Shown one piece after another: positions 55,563 through 64,000 of a stretch of DNA of 64,000 bases. Positions within the stretch are counted from its first letter, which is position 1, and every line of letters starts with the position of its first letter. The notes below the pieces were generated by a model. The model saw nothing but the letters and a program-made list of their open reading frames with translations, had not been told where the DNA came from and searched no databases. Origin of the DNA: Squalus acanthias. Lineage: Eukaryota. Position numbers and translations under genes: made by a program. Where the stretch lies: NCBI GenBank assembly GCA_030390025.1, contig CM059431.1:108254001-108318000 (forward strand), written 5' to 3'.

Positions 55563-56885
55563 GTTGTTCTATTTCTTTTACATGAATATATTAGACATAA
55601 AATCATTGGTGCAAATGGTGCAATGTATGAATAGAGAATGAATGTAACATTTAGTACTTAAAGAATTAATGCACTGGAATGTTGAGTGATGCATGCATTG
55701 TCATATATTGATAGCTTGAGCCCAATATCCACGGATCATTTAAAATAATTTGTTGATTTTTGTCTCTCCGGGAATATTCTCATCTACTCTGGTAAATTTT
55801 TTGTGCCATACATCTTCACATTTTTGCCAAGACTCAGGGCTGTGTTCAGTGATAGCACTATGTTAATTTGATAAATTAAGAGAAATATTTCTGGCATAAT
55901 ATTACTCATTTGAGAGCAAAATTGAAGAAAATTATATTGAGTCAGACGCAATGACAAGCTGAGGTGCACAGGCTCAAAATTAAACAGCGCAACAATCATT
56001 TTGCACATATTTCACTTTGTATCTGAGCCAAACACAGTTTTCTGATTTAACAAAAAATGAGCTTGATCCTGAATGTTTCAAAGATGTTTGAATCCCTGTG
56101 GATGCAGCTAGTGGGAGGGCAGTTGACTGAACCTACATAAATCCACATTAAATGTCAAGTTCTGATTTTATTATGGCTCTGGCGGACTTTGCACTGTGTC
56201 TCACGTTAAATGGGGCCTGCCTTTTTGATTCTACTGTAACAAAAAAAAAATGATATAAAATATGAGCTATCAAAAACATAGTTGAATTTTCCATTTCCCG
56301 TAGAAATTCCCAAAGGTTTCTTCTCTTTAATTTTTTTTTCTCCATTATTTGTACTGAGTTCCAGGGGGCTGCTGACTAAAAATGCAGCAACAGAATTATG
56401 TCTTACATAATCTCAATCTTTCCTTTCAATGCTATATTCATTATATGTTATAAACTGCCGTTGAGATTAAAGATGTTGGCTTATTTTGCATTGATGATGA
56501 ATTTGCATGACTGTTCTTGTATCCCTGGAGCAATTCTGCAATCAAGGATTATACTTGCACAGCATAATCCCCTTAATATGAACAACATTTCAAGAATAAG
56601 CACACACATATATCTGATTGCATATTTACATGAATATGGTAAGCCTATAACACATGTATAACAAAGTTAGGAATATATTGTGTTACTTTAGCTCTGTGAA
56701 CTGTATAAATATATACATTGCTAGCCACTGCGGCATATGGAGGATATGTGATGAAGAGCCATAGGATATGTTTCTATCGCATGTGTGGGCTGATCTGATC
56801 ACTCACAAGGAACAGAGCTGTAAATTGCCCTCATCATTAAGAGAAGATAAGTTATATCCAGTGTTGTTCATGTGTTCTGTTTGTA

Positions 56886-57270
56886 GTGCCAGCTTGGCTC
56901 AGTTGGTAGCACTCTCGCTTCTGAGTCAGAAGGTTGTGGGTTAAAGCCCCGCTCCAGAACTTGAGCACATAACCTAGGCTGACACTGGTGTACTGACGGA
57001 GAGTTGCACTGTTGGCGGTGAGATTTTTAACCGAGCCTCCATTTTTGCCGGTTCAGGTTGACATTCAAAGTTTGGCCAGTGCTCCCAGCGTCCTGACCAA
57101 CACCATAAAAAACAGAACACCTGGTCCTTCGTATCATTGCTGTTTGTGGGATCTGACTGATATGCCGCCAATTGTTTGTTGCATTTGCCTACATAATAAT
57201 AGTGACCACATTTCAAAGAGTAATTAATTGAATGTGAAATACTTTGGGACGTCCTAAGCACATGATAAAG
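56886..57270 (+). mobile_element. Deu-domain SINE copy (degraded)
   Basis: tRNA head TGGCTCAGTTGGTAGC and body homologous to 11251-11665. Confidence 0.7.
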
Positions 57271-57492
57271 CGATTCATTCATACCACAGCTCGGCAAAGT
57301 AATTAAGCGTTCAATGATAAAAGTAAACTCCTTGGGGGGAGATTTCTGCTGTTCTGGATTTATAGTGGAATCGTAAATGACTATCAAAAAATGCATTTCT
57401 GAATTCACTATAAATACTATTTACTACAAATAGCGAAGAGCAGAAATGTTCTTCCTTGGACCACTGCAGATGAATTATCTCCATTGAGAGCT

Positions 57493-58321
57493 GGGCGGAT
57501 TCTTACCTGGAAGGCAAAGTTCGAGGCGGAACTGCTGGTTTTTGGGTTCCAGTCCCTCCCCCAGCGACGTCTGACGAGCTGACGCTATTTTCCCCTGATT
57601 GGCCTTGTTAAGCCCGCCCTGCGGGCTTGCCGGCCAATTAAGGGAAAGCCGGTGTCAGATGACGTCAGTTGATGACGCTTCATCTGCCGGTTTTCTTAAA
57701 GGCATATGCACCACACTTGTTTGACAGATGATTTGACAGTGTTTGACAGCATTGAGGTGCTGTCAAACACTGACAATCACTGTCCAAAGGTGAGCCCTTT
57801 CACCCAGGCTCTCCAATTACTCTCTCCTTAGGATAAAACAGATGGCAGCTGCAGCTGAGATTGCAGAAGCCATCAGTCACTTCTCCCGATGAGATGAGCC
57901 TACACAAACACTTCACAGCTTGTCACCTGCAGAAACATCTAACCACATTAAAAATTACTTTCATAACTTTTCCTTACCCCTGATACTCACCAGTGTCCCA
58001 TTGAATCCTTTAAACCACTTCTGCAGCTGTCATCTATACACAAAAATTACAGTAGACCCACAGCATGCCTCACTTACCCTGGCGGAGTTCCCTGATGTCG
58101 GGAAGCCCACAGCAGCATTCAGAAAATTTAAAAAGCCTCTTAACTGCCTGTTAACTATCTGTTAACAGGAGGTTAAGTGGCTGTAATCCTCTTCCCGCCT
58201 CTAGGAGTCAGGACCCTGTGCAAATCGGGGACCCGACTCCCAGGAAGATTGGTTGGAAGCGGGATTTTCCCAGCAGTCCTGCCTCCAGACCCGCCTCCTC
58301 AGGGTTGGTAAAATCCAGCCC
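57493..58321. mobile_element. MITE family B copy
   Basis: Homologous along its length to 59251-60119; right TIR GGTAAAATCCAGCCC, left TIR degenerate. Confidence 0.75.
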
Positions 58322-58483
58322 ATTTGTCTCTGAGACTTGATAGCTGGTTAAGCAATAATCTTCAAGTCCATGTCACAGTTTTATCAATCATTTGCAGTGC
58401 TGAACATCTGATTGGCTTAAAAAACACATTTCAGCTGTGAACCACTTTCAGCCAATCAGATGCGACTTTGAACAACATATTAT

Positions 58484-59240
58484 GGGCTGGATTTCGCTGT
58501 TAAGATAACAGTGAGGCTAACGGCGCTCACTGTTATGTACGCACAAATCGGACAGCAACTTCCAGCGAGCGCACAGGCGCAATTAAGCGCGGAGATCTGG
58601 GAGTTGCTGTCCAAGATGTGCCACTCCCTCTCGCCATCTGGCTCCCCATTTAAAATGTATTGAACAGTGTGAATTTCCTGTACTATTGTTGTAGCTATGG
58701 ACTAAACTTGCCACAAAAGGCTAAGTTAAGTCATTCCAGTCTAATTACCCTTTTAACATCATGGTAAGTCTTAATTACTGTCAAACAACCTCCCTGGCAC
58801 TGAAAATTAAGTTTTACAAGTATGGAGTCTCATTCCTTCAGCTTTTAGTTATTGTTGGAGATTTAAAGCAAAATGTAAATCTTTGTGTTTACTTTTTCTT
58901 TCTGTATCTTTTATCTCTCTCTCTCTTAATCCAATCTTTCTTTCCCTCTCTTTATTTCAGTTTCTGTACCTGATTTGACGTTGAATTAAATATTGTAACT
59001 AACACTTCCTGATTCAGACTCTGCGCTGCTCATTAACGATTCTTCAATCTGATTGGTTGAAGAGATACACAGTTGCTTGCTCTGTTCACACAGGTCCCAG
59101 ATGCCCTGTAGAGGGCCCCGCGCTGTTTGGACGTCCCGCTGACAGCAACTTGCTGTGCAAAACCCCATGGAAAGTCTGTGGGCAAGTGCAAGTCTAACGA
59201 TCGGCGGGTGATGTTCGTTCTCTGCTTACACCAAGATTTA
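58484..59240. mobile_element. MITE-like element with GGGCTGGATTT terminus
   Basis: Left terminus GGGCTGGATTTCGC resembles the other TIRs; GC-rich arms around an AT-rich core; right end unclear. Confidence 0.45.
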
Positions 59241-59250
59241 TAGAGTTATA

Positions 59251-60119
59251 GGGCTGGATTTTGCCAGTTGAGATGAGTTGGGGGCGGGACTGCTGCCTTC
59301 CGGGTTCTAGTCCCACCCCAGTGACATCCGATGCACAGACAATATTTTCCCCTGATTGGCCTTGTTTAGCCCGCTCTGCGGGCTTGCCAGCCAATTAAGT
59401 GAAAGCCGGTGTCAGATGACGTCAGTTGATGATGCTTCATCTGCCGGTTTTCTTAAAGGGACATGAAGCATTTATTTTTGACAGATGAATTGACAGTGTT
59501 TGACAGCACTGAGGTGCTGTCAAACACTGACAATCACTGTACAAAGGTGAGCCCTTGTACCCAGGCTCTCCAATGATTCTCTCCTTAGGATAAAACAGAT
59601 GGCAGCTGCAGATGAGGGTACACAAGCGATCTGTCACTTCTCTTAATGAGGTGAGGTCACACAAACACCTTGAAGCTTGTCACCTACAGAAAAATCTAAA
59701 CACATTAAAAATGACTTTCCCAACATTTCCTTACCTCTAATACTCACCAGTGTCCCATTGCATCCTTCACACCACTTCTGCAGCTGCCATCTATACACAA
59801 ACATTACTACAGACCCACATCACGCCTCATTTACCCAGGCGGGGTTCCCCGACGTCAGGAAGCCCACAGCAGAAGTCTCAAAATGGGAAAAAGCATCTTA
59901 ACTGCCTGTTAACTACCTGTTAACAGACAGTTAAGTGGCTGTAATCCTCTTCCCGCCGCTAGGAGTCGGGACCCTGTGCAAATTTGGGACCCGACTCCCG
60001 GAAAGATTGGTTGGAGGCAGGTTGGAAGCGGGTTCAGGACCCGCTCCCATTCTTTTTGATTTTCCCAGCAGTCCCGCCGCCTCCAGACACGCCTCCTCAG
60101 GGCTGGTAAAATCCAGCCC
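59251..60119. mobile_element. MITE family B copy
   Basis: TIRs GGGCTGGATTTTGCCAG / CTGGTAAAATCCAGCCC; ATA duplicated at 59248-59250 and 60120-60122; inserted in a CR1 tail. Confidence 0.85.
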
Positions 60120-60529
60120 ATAGAGTCATAACAGCACAGAAGGTGGCCATTCGGCCCATCGAGTCCGTGCCGGCTCTCTGTAGAGCAATCCAGTCAGTCT
60201 CATTCCCTCGCTTTATCCCCGAGGCCCATCCTGTCTTCCAGACTGGATGTTGGGACTTGAAAGCATTAAAAAAAAAATTAAATGTGGAATAAATTAGAAA
60301 TTTGGAGTAGGGTATATTAGTTAGAAATAAAGAGAAAAGCTAAAGGTTAAATGTTACATGAAAGAATGAGGAATGAGAACATGGGAAAAAAAGAGAGTAA
60401 GCAAAAATAATTTTTATTTCAAATTTAGAATTGATTCTATGTATTTATTTTGGTTGTTTAAGACTAATATTATTCTAATAAAACAACTCCAAAGAGCCAA
60501 GTAATGTTATTAATGCAAAATTAAACATT

Positions 60530-62710
60530 TTGGGGGAGGACTTTACACCATATGACAGCTTGGTGTATGAGTACAGTCCCTTGAGTGTGTTGATGGTGAA
60601 ATACTGTTGACTCTCTTTGTCAACATTCAGCAGAGCGTATGCGGCGACAGGTCAAGCTTGGAGAAAACCTTTGACCCAGAGAGTGCTGCATACAAATCTT
60701 GCGATGTAGGTAGCGGGTACTGCTCATCGTCAACTGCTTGGTTGATTGTAACTTTGTAGTCACCGCACAAGCGTACAGTTTTGTCTGCTTTGGGCACTAC
60801 CACAATCAGGGTAGCCCATTCACTTATATCAATTTTTACTAGCACTTTGTTCGCTCTCAGCTTCGCTAGCTCTTCCTCCATCTGACTTTACAACACATAG
60901 GGGACCGGCCTTGCCTTACATTAGACAGGCTTCGTGTTGGACTTGATGCGGATATGTGCGTCATACCCAATGATACCCTCATAACTGTCTGAGAACATGC
61001 TTTCGAACTTGTTCAGCATTGTGTCGAGTCACTTCTTTGAAGCATCTACACTGAAGATGTTTTTCCAGTCTAGTTTTAACTTTCTCAACCAGTCTTTGCC
61101 CATGAGGGTTGGCCTGTTGTTGTAGCTCGCTACAATAATAGGCAGCTTTACTGACTGGCCATTGTGTTGAACTGTACATTCCATTTGTCCACATGTCTCT
61201 AGGATTACTTTGGAGTAGGTTTTTAACTCTACGGTACTCTTTGTAAGTGGTATTTGATTAAACTTACTCTCATATGTGTCCTTACTCGTGATAGAGCAGT
61301 CCTCCGCCGTGTTGATACACATATCAATATATGGCTCGTTGACCAAAAGTTTTGTATGGAAGTCTTTCTCACGACTGCTTGTGTTGCCACTAGTGGCCTA
61401 GATACTGCCGATGCAGGTGTGTTCACTTCAATATTGTGAACTCCTCCTTTTGTTGTTGCTGCTTTGTATTGCCACTAGAATGGTTCTTACTTCCTACTTT
61501 AGAACTAGCTCTGCAAGCTGTTGAAATATGGCCTTGCTTCTGGCAGTGAAAACACTTTACATTTCTGTATTGGCAGGACTGTGGTCAGTGAGTTCCATTG
61601 CAGCGATAACAATTCACTGAACTACTCTCACCGACATGCTTTTGACTTGGTCTCACAACTTTAGGTTTGCTGGTGGCTTTGTGACTGTAGACCTCAGCTG
61701 CACTAGTCACTTGAGTTGGACAGAGCTCCCAAACATTCTTAGACGCCATCTCCATAGATAGGGCAATTTTGCATGCTATGTCAAACGTTAGGTTCGGAGT
61801 GTTCAGTAACTTGGACTGTGTACGCTCATCCACCAGTCCACACAAAAATTTATCTCGCAATGCACGATCCAAAAATGTGCTGAAGTTACAATGCAAAGAC
61901 AGGTTTTTAAGAGCTACAATGCACTCACTGATGGTTTCACTTTGTTTTTGGTTTCTGGTACCAAACTTCTAGCTCTCCGCTCTTTCTAAAGGCTTTGGGC
62001 CGAAATGGTCCTCAAGTTTCTCGACAATGTCTTCAAATGACGCATCCTTCGCTTCCCCTGGTACAAGTAGGTTTGTCAACGTTCCGTAGACATCTGGCCC
62101 GATCTCCGTTCGAAAAATTGCTTTCTTCCATTCACAAATTACTTTATTTTGAGCTTTAGCGTTCTCATCTGCACCTTCGGTCTCAATAATGTTATTGGCC
62201 TTAAAAAACATCTCCATTCACTCAACGTAAGAACTGAATGGTTCGCGAGCTCGGTCTTACAGGCCGAGGCTTCTGATGAATCCCGTAGGTGCGGCCATGA
62301 ATGTCTCGATCCTGTCGAACAGTGACTCAGTACGCTACCTGTGTACTTGTGAGAATCAATGCTGCTGTTGCCATGTATACATACACATGAAGGTGAAGCA
62401 CAGACAATTCTGCATGAGCATTAACAGTAAAACAGCACAAAAGTTCAGTTTAGGTGTCACAAATTCACCTTAAACATTTCTACTCGAAGGTTGAAAACTG
62501 TGTCCTTCCAGGATCCCTAAAAATGGCTTTGGGATCCCATCCTCATTGCCAAAAATGTAATATATGTGGGTAGAACAAATGAAGGATATGTAATAGAGCC
62601 ACCTGGTGGACTACTGATGTATATAATAATAAAGCCATGGGCAGTACAGTTCTTACCGGAAGCCATGTTGGGCTGTTGTGTATATATATGCTGTATCTCA
62701 AGATATCACA
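60530..62710 (-). mobile_element. Decayed, 3'-truncated Ty3/Gypsy (Mag-like) LTR retrotransposon
   Basis: 155-bp LTR 62556-62710 (TGTAATAT...ATATCACA), PBS TGGCAATGAGGATGGGAT at 62534-62551 (tRNA-Ser(GCU) complement with two CpG-type changes), gag (MEMFFKAN, LRDKFLCGL, two knuckles), degenerate protease, RT start (VVVPKADKTVRLCGDYK, FSKLDLS); many stops and frameshifts. Confidence 0.88.
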
Positions 62711-62839
62711 GGACAGAGACAGGATGAATTGCTAGTCCATGTGCTTGCTTTACTAGGCCAGAGAGAACTGAGCATGCTCCTACTAAACCATGTGACAAAC
62801 CATGTGATAATGCATTGCAAGATTGACTACATTTGGAAG

Positions 62840-63125
62840 GGAACATAATCTGAAAATTAGAACTGGGTCATTCAGGAGCAATATTGGGAAGCACCTTTTG
62901 CACACGAAGGGTAGTAAAAATGTGGAATTCTCTCCCCCAAAAGATTGTGGATGCTAGGACAATTGGAGCTTTCAAGTCTGAGATCGATAGATTTTTGTTA
63001 GGTAAGGGTATCAAGGGATTTGGAGCAAAGGCGGGTAAATGGAATTGACGTGCAGATCAGCAATGATCTAATTGAATGTTGGAGCAGGCTTAAGGGGCCA
63101 AATGGCCTCCTCCTGTTCCTATGTA
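62840..63125 (+). mobile_element. CR1 LINE 3' end (degraded)
   Basis: Homologous to 12950-13230. Confidence 0.7.
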
Positions 63126-64000
63126 AACCTGTGTACAGCATGTTTAGTGTGTTGTAGTATAGCATGATTCTCAAATCTCATCTGTCCATCTTTTTTTGTC
63201 AGCCAGGTGTCTGGTCTCCATACCAGAAAATACATGCTCTCTCCCAGTGGGAACACACCTCATTTACCTCATGTCCAGAAAAGTTAGGTACAATGCTATA
63301 AGAGGTAAAAAGATGCCTGGATTTTCCTCTTTTGATCTTATTAGTGGTTATTGACCGGTTTTAGACAGAATTAAATGGAATGCAATTATTAGCAACCAAT
63401 TTTTATAGGTCAGCTCATTCTCCTAACTTCATCTGTGGGTTTAACAGACCTAATGAACAGACCAGTGGTGGAAGAGGAAAATTGTTTGTAAATCAATTTT
63501 AACGGGAACGGACAATTAAAGGGGAGTGTTACAATAGAGAACATAGTTTTTGAAAGCCTTTGGAGAGCTTCAGAATATTTTTTCAATCCATTATTGACCT
63601 TTGCCAAAACTGAAGGGCAGATGATTGAAATAGACAGAGAAAAATGAAAGGGAAGGAGACCTAAAGTGCAATTAAATTGTCAAACTGATGGAACAGAACA
63701 CACACTGGGACATGGGACTAACAAACAGGAGAAAATACCTTACAAAGAAGCACAAAGTGCACAATTGCAGTTACTTACAGATACAGTACACAGCTGTACT
63801 TCAGGGTTCCAGTATCAGTAAGACTCTGCAACTAAGTGATAAAGCAGCCCAGTAACGAACCCTTTGCTTGATGGCTCCTGAAAGTGGCAATAGGGCTGCA
63901 TGAGATCGTTTTGAGGAGGGTGATCCTCTGTGCCACTCCGTTGCACCATAGGTCGGCATTGCAGCATCTCTTGCAAGGGGGGTGCAACCAAGGTTCAGGG

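Overview
Repeat-rich vertebrate genomic DNA, most likely from a cartilaginous fish (inferred from shark-type V-SINE, Deu-domain SINE and CR1 repeats). The only host gene I recognise is the first coding exon of KLHL1 (minus strand, 21564-21985); bases 1-21563 look like its first intron. The main feature is an apparently intact, very young 12.8-kb endogenous retrovirus-like provirus on the minus strand (35953-48739). It has near-identical 1.7-kb LTRs, an ATGT target-site duplication inside a CR1 endonuclease, and open gag, pol and env. Pol is retroviral and spuma-like (LPQG/YVDD RT, dead tether RNase H plus a second RNase H). Env lacks orthoretroviral hallmarks, resembles a paramyxo/pneumovirus F-type fusion protein (a lokiretrovirus-like architecture) and carries an N-terminal immunoglobulin-like domain. 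Gag and Pol are in frame across a single UGA-CUAG readthrough signal. The rest is CR1/L2/RTE LINE fragments, SINEs, several Harbinger-like MITE families with 3-bp TSDs, and a decayed Mag-type Gypsy element. All family assignments are by eye and from memory; no searches were run, and boundaries of old repeats are approximate.
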